In this document: piece by piece, positions 37,778 to 51,502 of the stretch | Numbering within the stretch: the first letter of the stretch is position 1 | Layout: the number at the start of each line of letters is the position of its first letter | Source of the DNA: Parasitella parasitica NRRL 2501 | Taxonomy: Eukaryota; Fungi; Mucoromycota | Length of the DNA stretch: 64,000 nt | Direction: 5' to 3' | Assembly (NCBI GenBank): GCA_025201805.1 | Contig: MU619353.1 | Coordinates: 1 to 64,000 of the forward strand | Notes under the pieces: generated by a model | What the model was told of the DNA's origin: nothing | The model's input: the letters and a program-made list of their open reading frames with translations, nothing else | Database searches by the model: none | Translations under genes and position numbers: made by a program

Positions 37778-38387
37778 GATGGCGTTGTATAATTGGTGTG
37801 AAAATCAAAGCAGGAAAAAAAAAGAGATAGACAGAGAGATAAACAGAGAGAGAGAGAAGGAGGGAAAAAGGAGATATAAATTAAAAAAGGGAGTTTTTGT
37901 TTTGTTTTGTTTTTATACAAACATATGCAACATGCTAATGGCGGTTTGCCCCATTCGTGTCCGCTTGTTTGTTCGTTGGGTCTTTGTCTCCACTTTGCAA
38001 AAATAATGACGCTGGCGGCATAAATAACGTCTGCAGAAGCTTCTTTCCACGGAACCCATATATTCTGCTGGGCCTGATGACAATTTTCCAACCTTCATCA
38101 TCTGTCCAGCTTCATCAAAAAAAAAAAAAGCTGCACGGTTCATATTGATTTCTTTGAATTCGTGCCATTTTTTGTGATTTTATGAGCATGATGATCTGTT
38201 GACACAACAATAAAACTAAAACTTGGAAACGACCAACGATTTTTTTTTGTTTTTTTTTTTTTACATAAATAGTGCCTTTAACTGTTTTATTTGCTTTTGT
38301 GTGTATATGATTATGGCACTTGAGAGGGGGTGGGGGAATGTGTAAGGTTTTTTTTTTTTTTTGTTTAAAAAATATACATCATCCTCT

Positions 38388-41300
38388 CTACTTTTTCTTT
38401 CCACTGCTTGAGCCATATGTAGGAGATGTAGGACTGTAGCTAGGACTAGTAGGACTGTAACTAGGCGAAGTGGGGCTATAGCTAGGACTAGTAGGTGAGT
38501 AGCTAGGGCTCGTGGGCGAGTAGCTAGGACTAGTAGGACTGTAGCTAGGACTTGTCGGTGAATAGCTTGGACTGGTAGGGCTATAGCTAGGACTAGTAGG
38601 GCTGTAGCTTGGAGAAGTCGGGCTGTAGCTTGGACTAGTAGGACTATAACTAGGCGAAGTAGGGCTGTAGCTTGGGCTCGTTGGTGAATAACTAGGAGAC
38701 GTTGGACTATAGCTGGGACTAGTAGGTGAATAGCTGGGGGATGTAGGGCTGTAACTAGGACTGGTTGGGCTGTAGCTAGGCGATGTGGGGCTGTAGCTAG
38801 GCGACGTAGGACTGTAGCTAGGCGATGTAGGACTGTAACTGGGGCTAGTTGGGCTATAGCTAGGACTCGTAGGAGAGTAGCTGGGTGATGTGGGGCTATA
38901 ACTAGGAGAAGTTGGGCTGTAGCTTGGACTAGTAGGCGAGTAGTTGGGAGAAGCAGGAGAGTAACCAGGTGATGCGGCATAGGATGGGCTCGATGGCGAG
39001 TATCCCGGTGATGTGGGAGAATAGCCAGGACTTTGAGCATAAGGGCTAAGGTCACCGCGCCAAGGACTGGCAATGGAGGTTGCAGCTCCAGAGTTACCCA
39101 TAGGGGAGAACATTGGCTCTGATGGGGATGATGGCTGTGAGAAATCGACCCAATCGGGGGAACGAGTATCGTAGGGTGTGGCCATATTGGGAGTCATGTA
39201 ACCAGGCCCAGGAGTAGCAAAGCCAGCAACATCGCCAGCAACACCCATTTGCAAATTTTGTCTATGGTCTTGAGGAACAGACTGCAACATCTCTTCGTCC
39301 AACATGACATCAAACTCACCAGTGCCAAGAGGGGCCATCTGACCCAACATGATATTTTCAGCCACACCTCTGCAATCATCGAGCTCGCCAACAGCAGCGG
39401 CCTCCATTAAAATCTCTACAGTCTCCTCAAAGGAACATCTCATCAAAGCACCAGTTTCAGCTCTGTTGATACCATGACGAGTGATAGCCATCAAGTGGCC
39501 GCGGTTAGTCATCACATCACAAAGTAGAGCCAAATGACGGTAGTTGACATAAGAACCATCAAATTCAATGACATTACGCAGTTCTTTGAGAAGGGCCTTG
39601 CGAGTGGCTTCAATACCAAGCACCTCCATGATCTCAACCGTGTTGTTGGAATACGTACGAGTCTCATCCACACCATACTGGCACATGACTTCTTGAAGGT
39701 TGATACCATCAGTATCAAGACCCCATTCAGTGGTAGTTTCAAAATTGCCCTTTTCGTTAAGAATGGTATTCTTACGTTCAACAATGTAGACCTTTCTGAT
39801 ACCGGGTATACCACGGAGATTGATCGAACCGAGCATACTGGCTTCCAGTTTGCGGAGGAAAGTATCTTCTTCAGAGCGGGCATCTTCTTCGTCCATGTCC
39901 TTGTCTTCGTTCTCGTCCATCATCACTCTACAACGGATGACTAGCTTTTCAGAATTCTCATCACTGCCCATGACATGCAAATCGCTGCGGAACTCTTCAG
40001 AGATCTTTTGAACAACCTCTGTGATGTTCAGACGCTTATCAATCATCATGCCACGATTCAGCTCGATACGAAGCAACCAGGGCGACACACGGGTGACAAA
40101 GGCTGAATTGTCATCTTCCAATTGATAGTAGGTGTCGACGAAATCGGCATCCTCTTCGATAATAGTGTTTCGTGGATCAGGATCGTAGTAGATTTCTGTC
40201 ACTGAGGTTACCTTTTGCAGCGTAGTGTGTTCGAGATTGACTTGGACTTCTTTTGCCAACTCAATGTTACGGGATCTCTCTGCATCAAGCCAGACTTCAA
40301 GGCGAGGCGTCTTGATGTTCTTTGCAACGTTGATGATTTCCTTCAAACGAGGCACACCAAGAGTTACGTTCTTACTGGACACACCAGCATAATGGAAAGT
40401 GTTCAATGTCATCTGAGTAGCAGGCTCACCAATAGACTGTGCAGCAATCGTCCCCACCATTTCACCGGGAGCAACGATGGACGTCAAGAACCGAGATTCA
40501 ATTTCTCCAAGAATCCTACATGAAATATTAACACACGCAATCTAATTTTTCCATTGAGCCATTTTTTTTTTTTTTACCATTCGAATGCTTGAGAAGTCAA
40601 GTGGAATTCTTCCACTACACGCTTCACAGAAAAGGTAGAGCGAAGCAAGATTTGGAACAACAAGGTTGCGTTTTTCTGTGTTTCATTAGAGATCTTGTCA
40701 GAGCCACGAACAACTAGTAGACGCTGGGCAAGAGCGTTGACGCCATCCACAATTTGCAAGGGATGGATATCGGAGGGTTTGCGAGGATCAAGATGGAAAA
40801 TTTGTTGAGAATTAGTAATAAGACGAGAAAGGTTGACAGGCAACGGCCATTTGTCATCGCCGTTCTTGAAGATGTTAGTTCGCAACTTTTGACGGTCCTT
40901 AGACAACTGATGGAATTCATGATCCAGGTACGATTGGGCAGTTTCGCTGCCTTCGATGCTCTTGAGGACATTGTAATTGAGAGCACCCTTTTTGAAGCCC
41001 TTGTTCATGACATCCACTCTGTAACGCTTCTCAAAGTCCTGCTCGTTACATTTGAGAGAAAAGAACTTTTGACTCTCAACAGCCATGGCGTCCATGCCGT
41101 CTTCACCGTAGCAGAATTCAATAATATCGCCAAGTGAGTTGCGTACAGTGCCATCATACTTGACCATGACGTCTTCCAAGGCCTTGACCAGACGACGTTG
41201 GATATAACCAGTCTCAGCAGTTTTTACCGCAGTATCGATAAGACCTTCACGACCACCCATGGCGTGGAAAAAGAACTCTGTGGGAGTCAATCCTCTCAAG

Positions 41301-44060
41301 TATGAGTTCTCAACAAAACCACGACTCTCTGGACTATGATCGTCCTTTGAGAAATGGGGAAGCGTACGGAACTTGAAGCCGTAGGGAATACGTTTACCTT
41401 CAACGTTCTGTTGGCCGACACAAGCCGACATTTGAGAAATGTTGATGAAGGAACCCTTTGAACCAGAAATTACCATCTGCTTGACATTGTTGTCCTCCTT
41501 TAAACTGTTTTGAGCCATTTTACCAGCATCATCACGGGCCTTGTTCAAAGTTTGATTGACCTTGGCCTCAAAGGATTCACGCAACGTCATACCGGGTTGC
41601 ACTTCAAGCTTATCCTGCTGGGCAGTGATAATGACTTCTTGCACACGCTGCTTGGCTTGAGAAATAATGTTGGTGATTGTAGCCATGGAAACCTTGTCAG
41701 CAATAGTATCACCAATACCGATACTGAAGCCATTTTGCAGGAGCCAGTAATTTACAACTTGCTGCGTACCACCCAAAAAGTTTTTAGCAGCTTCCGGACC
41801 CAATTCATTCATGATGGTGTGGATAAGACCACCGCCAGCAGTACCAACCGTCTTTTTACACACAATACCACAGATCAGCTCGCCGTTTTCGATAATAACG
41901 CGAGTATCACCAGGGGAAATCAACGTAGTTTCGCCATCAGGATGAGTAGAGTGGAAGGTTTGACAATTGATGCCCTTGGGAATGACCATGGCAACGATCT
42001 GTTTACCCGTCCACATTGGCTTTGGCTTGAGAATCGCAGGAGGGGGAATATAGCCATCCCAAGAAGGGACCCACATGACAATGTTCATGACTAAATCTTT
42101 GTTCAGGAAGCAATCGCGCAAAGTGAATTTACGGATACCACAAAGAGTGTCTTGCACAATACCCATGACAGGCTTGTTGGACTGGGGAGACACAATTTGC
42201 TTTGGCACCATACAAATTTCAGTTACTTCCGCCCGTGTTTCCAATGACTGGGGGACGTGAAGATTCATTTCATCGCCATCGAAATCAGCATTGTAAGGAG
42301 ACGTTACAGACAGATTCAGACGGAAGGTAGAGTACGGCATCACACGCACACGATGGCCCATCATGGACATTTTATGGAGAGAAGGTTGACGGTTGAAGAT
42401 GACCACATCATCATCGTTGATGTGTCTTTCAACCCTGTACCCGTATTGAAGAGGGATCTCGCCAGCACGCTTGCGATAACGCAAATCAATACGCTCACCA
42501 TTGTCACGGATGACATATTTGGCGCCCGGATGCTCCAAGGGACCATTACGTACCAAGACTTGAAGCTTGTCAATGTTGTAGGGAGTGACGATTTCAGGGT
42601 AAGTCAAATTACGGGCTATGCTGCGAGGCACACCAACTTGATCTAGTGCAAGATTGGGATCACCGGTAATGACAGTACGAGCAGAGAAATCCACACGTTT
42701 ACCCATTAGATTACCACGAAGACGGCCTTCCTTACCTTTTAGACGCGCACGAATAGATTTGAGAGGTCTGCCAGACTTTTGTAAGGCTTGCGGTTGACCA
42801 GCAATATCATTGTCCATATAAGTGGCAATATGGAACTGTATGCGCGTTTAATAACAATGCTCCATGGTTACCATTCAATATCAACAAACCTGCAAAAGTT
42901 GCTCAAACTCTTGGACAACGTGAACTGGAGCACCTTCAGATTCACAACGCTTTACATTACCATTCGCCTTGAGAACATCAGACAATTTATGGGTCAAATC
43001 GTCTTCACCTCGGCTGGTGCCATCCATTTGAATAGAGGGACGAACTTGAGGGGGAGGCACAGGTAAAACAGTTGTAATCATCCATTCAGGTCTAGCGAAT
43101 TCTTCAGATAAACCCATATCACGAATGTCTTTGTCAGAGATGTTTTTGAGGATTTGTAAAACTTTAGCAGCAGTTAATTGCTGTCTTCCTTCGTTTCCAG
43201 AGTCCTGCATTTTTAGCAGTTAGCAATTAGAAGCTTAATTGCGCAGCATTTTTATGAACTTACATCTCCTGCGCTGGCACGAAACTGAGCGTACAACTTC
43301 AAGCCATCTTTACGGATGAGAGGCTGTTTGTAGCCGCAGCCACCATGGGTGCTTTTGCGTTTACCATTGTCAAATTCTTCCTTTTCTTCCAACCCATCTT
43401 CGGCTTCATCGCTGCCTTCACAGGTCATTTTAGCTTTGGCCAGATCCCAAACTGCGCGTAGTTTAGCTTTAGAATCGCTAATTTTCTTTGCTCTTTCGAA
43501 CCGAGGATTTGTCTAGACGAGATGGTCAGCACCTTCAAAAAAAAAAACACGTCAATCGATACATTGGCACGTACATCATCAACTTTGAGTTTGGAGCAAT
43601 GGAAGCACACACATTCAAGGATCTTTTTAACTTTGGTCAAGAAACCTACACAGCCGAGATAAATTGAATGCGTGTTTGATAAATAGCGTTTTTAGAGTCT
43701 TACCAATATGATAAACGGGTTTTGCAAGTTCGATATGGCCAAAATGTCCAGGACATTCAGCCATGCCTTCACCACAGGTTTGGCATTTGTAGTTACGATC
43801 AATTGTGCCCATGCGAGGATCCAAAAGACCACCAACTCTTGGCTTCTGAGTACCTTCATCATATAATTCAGGAAACTCAATCTTGGCTACAGACATTGCT
43901 TTCTACAAAATGAACAAAAAAAAAAAAAAAATGGATTAACAAGGCGTGCGATTTACGGATTTTCGACACGTACAATCTCATCTGGAGAGAGGATACCAAA
44001 CTGAACAGCATCAACACGTCGAAGAGGAGCTGATGAAAATGCAAAAGGATGTCCACTCAT
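38388..44060 (-). CDS. RPB1: DNA-directed RNA polymerase II largest subunit
   Basis: [24 protein letters not shown], catalytic [25 protein letters not shown] and a heptad CTD. Confidence 0.99.
38418..39030 (-). repeat. RPB1 CTD 21-bp coding repeats
   Basis: 24 consecutive perfect YSPTSPS heptads (38439-38942), a terminal YSPTSPT and about five degenerate proximal repeats; codons vary between repeats. Confidence 0.97.
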
Positions 44061-46754
44061 GTTGTTTTTGATTTTTTTAGAGATTTTTCAATGAAAATTT
44101 TTTCTGTTGTTTTTTTTGAGGTTTTTTTTTTTGTAAGTAAATCTACTAGTAGATGGTGCTTCACGAAATAAAAAGGCTGCTGGCTACTTTCAGTTGTTTA
44201 ATGAAAAGAGTCGATGCCTTTGTGTGTTTCTTTCTCTGCTGATGTCTTGTTATCCAAGTATACAACGAAAAAAGGGAGGCTACTGAACAAGCAAAAAGGT
44301 GATATGTTCTCTGCTCTCTGTGTCTTGTTTCTTTCGACACTAGATACAATAAATGAAATGTCGTTACTGTATCCAAGAGCTTTTGAGGGGAATCTTGTTG
44401 TTCGATACACAAATCAGAGAAATAAGAAAAATTTGGTTCGAACAAAAGGCTAATTCGCAGCAAGATGCGGAAAAAAAGAACATTTATACGTTTTTTTTCT
44501 AGTTGTCAATGACGTCCTCTCCCTAGCTAACCAATAAAGTACTCGATGGTTTAGTGGCTTCCAAGCAAAGACGATGCATCTCTCGTATTTAGCAAGCTTG
44601 CTGAAAACTTCTTTGTCATTCATCGATACAAAAGACCATAGATACGTGAAAAAAAATCCCCAATTTTCAACCTGTATTTCATCGAAAAGTAAACCTCAAG
44701 ATGTCGAATCAAGAAAATTAACTTTCTTTTTATTCATTGAGTGGGATGTTAACGTCTTCTTTTCATTGTTATTGGTTATAAGGGTGGCAAAAATAGTAAT
44801 TCATACAAAACCTTACATCTTGACCTATTCTATATTGAAAACAGATGAAATCAAAAATTGTATCCAAGGCATTGGGTTTTCAATAATTTACAATGTTAGG
44901 TGTTGCTAATACATACATCATAGTAGTTTCTCACTGAATGCAGTTTGATAATGCGCTAGGATGCTATTGAAATTAAAGTACTATGTATACGGTATATCAA
45001 TTAGTTTTCTGTTGGGTGGAAGATTCACCGACATGTTTAAAAATGTATATTATTGCCTTGATTATACCATGTGCTGTATCGCAAGTATATAACACCAGTA
45101 TAAACCCCAATTTCTGGGTCTGCTCTACACACTTTGCAAGACCTGCATGTATGAAAATTTGCTACAGAGCGCATTTCTTTGAACATATATACATCTGTCT
45201 GTACTAACAAACCATTTTCATTCCTGATTGAAGAATTAGGTCTGGCTACTTTTTGCTTTTGTTCATACTAGGGTTAGGGTTAGGCTTCGCTATTAAATCA
45301 AATAGTTTGGTTTCAGCTGATTGATGAAAATTATGTAAAGCGAGGCCATGTAAGATGCTCAAGCTTTATATGCACGACAGCGCCAATAGCTTGTCTTATT
45401 TTAAAAAAGAAAACAGTTGTTGGATAATTACATAATGATAAACAGTGAGATGAAAAATCTTATGTACACCATCACCATGAAATAACCAGCATCCTTTTTC
45501 TGTGATGCTTTGTCATTACATAATCCCCAACGACTACTACTTGATCCAAGGCTCAAGTTACTTTGTCAAGGCATGGTAATACATTGCTAGTCTACCAGTG
45601 TCAATCAAAAAAGTTAGAATGTTGAAGGTTGACAAATGTAAATGCAATAACATGCTTTGAAAACCTACTCTATTAGTGCTTATAACAGTGGAAAATTGTG
45701 TGGTATTTTATGAAAAAGTACCCAATGTGTCTACTGCGATCAGCCACAGCAAATAAATGTACAATTGGGTCAAACTCTAATAAAAGTAGACAGAATGCAA
45801 GAGTATCAAAAGAAATATGCACATACATATATATATATATATATACGAATTGAAGAAGAGGATTAGCCATTTTTCGATGCAAAATCTTAGCATTAAGATT
45901 AAATATTATACTATAGTTTTATCTCCTTTTTGCTTCGCCAGAAAAGCTGTTATAAATACATCAAAACTCGGCATTAATCTTGCACAATTTCTTATATAAG
46001 GAAATTGCTAATCAAGTAGTGTCAAGTTTGTGGCCTTTGAGACACAACAAAAAGAAACTGCCGATAAAAGGGTGATCCACAAAAGAACCAAATACGCTTT
46101 GTGTGCCTGGATCATGTCAGGGGCATTATCCGGACCAACATCGAATCCCAAAGCTTTCCTATTTTGATTTTGTTAATGCAGGCTGCAGGGAGCTGCTACT
46201 TGTTTTGTTGGTATTCTACAGAGATGCTAATCCCATATTTCAATGAAAATCATCAGTAGAAAATAGAAAATATCACCATATTTTTGATGTATGCCTATGA
46301 GGACACAAAGCCTTTCCATGAAGGGAGGGTAATACTTTTCTCAGCGAATGTTTATTAGCTTTAGCCTTTTTTAAACATGCCAGCCTGAGCGCGCAGATTT
46401 ACAGAACGTATATCCGAGATGGCGTTTCTTTGTTTTATTTTAGCAGTGTTTTAAGGCAAAGCAAAATTGAGTAATTCATTTTTCTAGACTTTTTTCTTGA
46501 CTTATTGCATTGAGCCATCATTTCGACTCTGTTTTTTTTTATTACATGTATTCCATGTTTTTGCTTCATATTATTAGTTATTGAAACCGTATTACAAGGA
46601 TGGGAACCTTGAATCATGATGTGTTACCACAGCTCCTTGTGCCACATGTCATAATTAATACAGTGCACATGTTTGCAATCATATTTTTGTTATTATTTAT
46701 TGACTTGGCTATCAATTGATTATATTACAAGAAGAAGAAAAAGTTATACAGCTA

Positions 46755-48380
46755 CTATAATCCGGTGAAAACAAGAGGCTCACGAGGGGGGAATCTAGTC
46801 ATTCCCAAAAGTACATTATCCCGGGCTCGTTTCCCAGTTTTAGTTGTTACATTGTAACGTACAAGTATTTCAGCAATTACATATTTGATTTCATTAGCGG
46901 CAAAATAGCGGCCGGGACAGGCGTGAGCACCAAATCCAAATGTCAGGTAGTCTAATCCCACAGCGGTTGATTTGATTTTCGTACCAACAAATCGATAGGC
47001 ATCAAACTCGTCGAGTGGTGAATTTCCCAAGAATGATTCTCCAGTCTCTTCGTCTACAGGCAGGAAATGCGAATCTTTGTGGACTTGATCAAGGGCACCA
47101 ACCACTAAGCTGCCTTTAGGAATGACCTGTCCGGTGGACAGTGCTGTATCTTGAAGAGCCAAATGGTGCATTCCCAAGTAATCTGTATCGCATCTGAGCA
47201 CTTCACGAAAGAAGGAGTCCATCAAGGGAAGCTTAGCAACAGACTCAGGAGTTCTGTTGGTCCCAAGGGTGGCAACTTCCTTTCTTAAATCGTGGACCAG
47301 AGAAGGACGACAGGCCAGCTCATGCAGCGCAAATGAAGTAAAATGAGAGGTTGTGTGGATACTTGCTAATGCGATATTGTTAAAGTAGTAAGCGGCATCT
47401 TGTACGCTTCTGGCAGATCCATCTTCCTTGGGTAAATTGAGGGCCATTGAAGTGAAGGTTACTTCATAATTATCACCGGCTTGTCCATTCCTGATCTTTT
47501 CCAGCTCAGGCACCAGGAGTGTCATGATGAGATCCATTTCACGTTCAACTGAAAAGAATCGACGCACTACAAAGTTGCCCAGCCACGTAGGAAGTACAGA
47601 CATAAAGATGCCAGCTTTGATAATCTTTTGAGTGAATTGTGCCATGCCGGCTATAAGTTCCTTATCGTTTCCGACTTTGCTGCCCGCGAAACAGGGACAT
47701 GATATGTGGGAGATGAGAATGGTCAAAACATCCCACACATTGACAATGCGCTCTTCTCCCTTGTCCAGATCGAGTTCTTTGTCGAGGGCAAATTTCAGTG
47801 CCGTTTGAATGCGTTCCGAGAATACGTCAATTTGGTCTACCTTGAAATTATGCTTGATGGGATACACAACTAGATGTGGAATGGTTGAATTGAATGTGTT
47901 TTACTGGGCTCTATTAAACTCACTCGGATGCTTCTCTCTTGGACTAATCTTTTCGGCAACAAATTTGTGTTTGTATGACGTCTGGACTACCTTTGCAGCG
48001 GGCACAATTGTTTCAATGCCTTTGGGGAAGCTAAAGCTTTTGGTTGCCTTCATGACTTCGGTAATGAGTGGGCCTGTGACAACAACCAACTTTCCTTGGC
48101 CAGGAATTGAGAGTCTGAAGCATGGACCGTAAGTGTTCTTTGCATCGTCTAGGTACTTTGAAGGGTTCTTTTGAAGGTCCAAAAGATTTCCTAGGATCGG
48201 GATTCCGCCCTTGACTTGAGGGGGTAACAGAGATTCATCAAGTTCCGATTTTTTGGCCTTGTTTTTATAGAGCCTGTACACTAGAAAAGTGACAGTAGCT
48301 GCAATTGACAATGGAAGGCACTGTTTTTTGATAATTTCGTCATTTTTAAGGTAGAAAATCCTTGCTGTTTCTGCAATCAT
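46755..48380 (-). CDS. Cytochrome P450 (CYP503/CYP512-like motif type), one intron at 47870-47923
   Basis: N-terminal anchor, PPQVKGGIPILGN, I-helix ALASIHTTS, EVLR, FDAYRF, heme motif FGFGAHACPGRYFA. Confidence 0.9.
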
Positions 48381-48617
48381 TTTTTTTTTTTCAATGAAAA
48401 AGAGAAAGAAAGAAGAAATGAGAAACAGGGCTTTTTTTTTTATTATTATTATTATTATTTTATGTGAGTAATCACAGGAGAAACAGGATCAGTAAAAGGT
48501 GGGGAAGGGGTGGTGTGTGGCCAACATCCCGATGGCAAATCCGTGTGAGTTGAGGATCGAAAATTGCAGTCGGATCAGCATGTCCGCGACACCATTGTTT
48601 TGGTATATAGTAGATTT

Positions 48618-48935
48618 TCATCTGCGCTTTCCACCGCCACTCTTTTTGCCACCAGCAGACTTTGATTTGCTGCCTTGACGCTTAATTCTCTCAATATCCG
48701 ACTTTTTGATGGTCAACGTCGCTCCCTTCATACGGCCAATGCCGTTAGTAATGCCAGGATCACGATTACGCTTCTTTTCCTTTGTCTTTACGTACAAATG
48801 CTTCAGGGATTTATCGTAGATGCCCATATCTTTGGCTTCCTGTAGTTTTTGGATTCCCGTCTGCTTTCTGGATTCATCCAAACTCAATTTCACTGATAAT
48901 GGCATCTTTTCTCCAGGCGAGCTCTGTTGTATATG

Positions 48936-48981
<46 letters not shown>

Positions 48982-49743
48982 GGTTGGATTAGCCCCTCCT
49001 GCGCACAAGCCGTAGATAGCCCGTTACTTACTTTAACACCCAAGCCCTCCAGCTTCTTCATAGTGTCCCGTCTTCTCTCCTTTGATGTCATTTCTTCTCG
49101 TTCTATGTACCAGCACATGTTAACAACCTGCAGCTGCTGAGATCGTCCTCTTTCTCTCTTTTACCTAGCTCCTCCAATAAATTGGATGTTGCCAAAAGCT
49201 GCTTCAATTCCATGTCATGCTTCTGATTTTCACTGCAACATGCAACACAATGTTAGTTGGTCGTCGTCACTATTCCACGTTGTCCAACGGAAAACCCTTA
49301 CGCTTCATCCTCCATGTCTTTCACTGTCGCCTTGCTCTTTTTTTCTGTGCTGTCAAGAGGATCTATTGTGGAAATTCGGGAATCCTACAGACTTTTTTCT
49401 AAGTGGTGATCTATGCAAGTCGATAAAATTCTACATACCAAAAACCTCTTTTTTGACGATTTGTCTTCTAATGTAGGCTTCTTTTGTAAAACAGATCCAT
49501 CAAAAACAACAACACTAGGGCCGGTACTCTTGCCGACAGTTTGTTTCTTTTCAGCAGTAAGCCTTTTGTTTCGTTGCTTCGATTCTTCTCTGTCAATTCA
49601 AATCAGATGAGCACGAGATCCAGGTATTGTTTTAGCATTTCTTACTTGGAGGTGGTAGCTTTTCGCTTTAAACCTTTACTGATGTGAGCATTGCTGGCTG
49701 TGTTTGCTTTAACACTGCTAATCAAGCTTGCCAGAGACGACAT
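48618..49743 (-). CDS. Basic, probably nucleolar protein, C1orf131/Faf1 (DUF4602)-like SSU processome factor
   Basis: Spliced, Lys-rich ORF with VVVFDGS, LEGLGVK..GEKMPL and GIGRMKGATLTIKKSDIERIK. The gene model is solid; the family call is less sure. Confidence 0.6.
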
Positions 49744-49928
49744 GATGGTAATGGAACAGAAAAAAAAAAAAAAAAAAAAAATATACCGGTAAAACATATA
49801 CAGAAAAGACAAAGCTGAATTGTCAAATAAGCCACTGCGTATACTACCATGCTTCAAATCAGTGACAAATGGCCTGTGCAATAGTAGTAGACGTTTATTT
49901 CCATATGATGAATACGATATGAGTAGAT

Positions 49929-51020
49929 TTACAGCCTAAACCTGAAGTCAAGACAATCACTTCCTTTGGATGTGGTCGCTTTCAAATAGTCTATCTTGTC
50001 ATTATTCGACACGGCATTCCATTTACCGGCTCGGATTTTGTTTGTCAATCTTTATATCTAGTTCTTTGAAACATGACAAGGGCATGTAAAGCATAGTTAT
50101 TGCAACGATCAGCACCCTTTGCAATGATAATTGAAATTACAGGCCCAATTAAGAAAGAAGGGACAGACAGTCAGCAGGTTACTAGTGGTAACATCAAAGC
50201 CATAACCCTTGCATAACCCTTGATCAAGGTGGTTAGGCAAGTGCTGACTGGTGTTTGAGGCATAATACTATAGGTACAATAGTTTGTTATCAATGTGGTC
50301 ATACTATAAACATAAGCATGTCCAACATACAAAAAAAAATGAGAACACGCTAGCTGTGTATCGCAAAACAAAATTGACGACTTTCAATGCAATTATACCA
50401 ACAATACGAGTGAAGATGCCGTCAACGATGAATAACCATTTCCAACCTCCCAGTCCAGCAAAAGTTCTGCAAATGGACATGATTTAGCATGCTAATCAGC
50501 GACTATATCATATATTGCACATTTGCATGAATCAATGCATGAGTCCAGGTTACAATGGCTTAAGAGGTCATCAGAATGGGGATCCAGATATGAGCACCAA
50601 TGCGTTTAACAACAGGATTCTTAAAGAGAGTGCCTACGGTAAAAACAATCGAGTCAACAAGAATCCCTCTGTTGACACCACTGAAACCAAAGCCAATGTC
50701 AGCCGAAAGGTTGTTAGATGTAGCATCAGCTGCAAAACGTTAGCAATGAGCTGTACTCGTGTATATTGTATTATGAGTGTCTCAGAGATATTAGTGCGGT
50801 CCATGTTCAGTACAAATGTCATTAGCAGTACAAAAGACGTTAGGCGAATGGCGATCTTCTTCACTACAGCTCACTCTTCTTCTTTTTCTATCTATTGCAG
50901 ACCATGCACATAGCCTTCGGCATAAATTTCACTGTTATCTGTACTGTAGATGGAGGTGCCGTCTTGTCAGCAATCTTGATGCCAATCACTTGCTTTGGGA
51001 CTTGCTAGTTTAAGAATAAC
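49929..51020 (-). pseudogene. Unprocessed pseudogene of the MFS permease family (paralogue of 53982-55911)
   Basis: EGYVHGLQ*IEKEE*, FVLLMTFVLNMDRTNI, VKRIGAHIWIPILMTS*AIVTW, GWKWLFIVDGI, SIMPQTP, LDFRFRL*. In-frame stops, deletions and retained intron positions. Confidence 0.88.
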
Positions 51021-51502
51021 ACGGAAGGAATATGCAATATAAAGTATTTCGTATATACTGTCAGAGTACCTTTTTTGGCTCGTAAACTTCTTGACATTCT
51101 CTATCCTCCTGACATTAAAGCAAAATCAGTCGAAACAAAGACACACTCTTTTTGTGCAACTGCACATTCAGTAATAGATGCTGGAAAATACATCATATTT
51201 CCTCTTTTATGATCATCTAGAAAAGCCTTGTATACTTCCTGCTCTTCTATTCAGCATTTGATTCTGAAGAATACGATAATGGCAATTTTTCGGACCTGTG
51301 TTACACACACGGTTATTCCATATCACGTCTACACACACACGGTTAAATGGCTTTCAAGTACGGCACATTACATATGGTGAAATAACGCCATTGCACAGGC
51401 TCAGTTACACATAATTCCATTTTGATGCATGTCGCCATGTTGGTTAAAACACTGAATATTCTAGTATAATCACGCAATTCAGTTTTATTTTTTACTTTTT
51501 TT

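Noticed and set aside
38418-38942. Regular 21-bp repeats resembling a CRISPR array or minisatellite
   Set aside because: No spacers; the repeats encode YSPTSPS.
38261-39073. 270-aa repetitive hydrophobic ORF (LLVLATAL...)
   Set aside because: Alternative-frame shadow of the RPB1 CTD repeats.
41510-42646. Long plus-strand ORFs inside RPB1
   Set aside because: Antisense shadows caused by codon bias.
44161-44909. Short ORFs upstream of RPB1
   Set aside because: Low-complexity UTR/promoter-like sequence with no coding signature.
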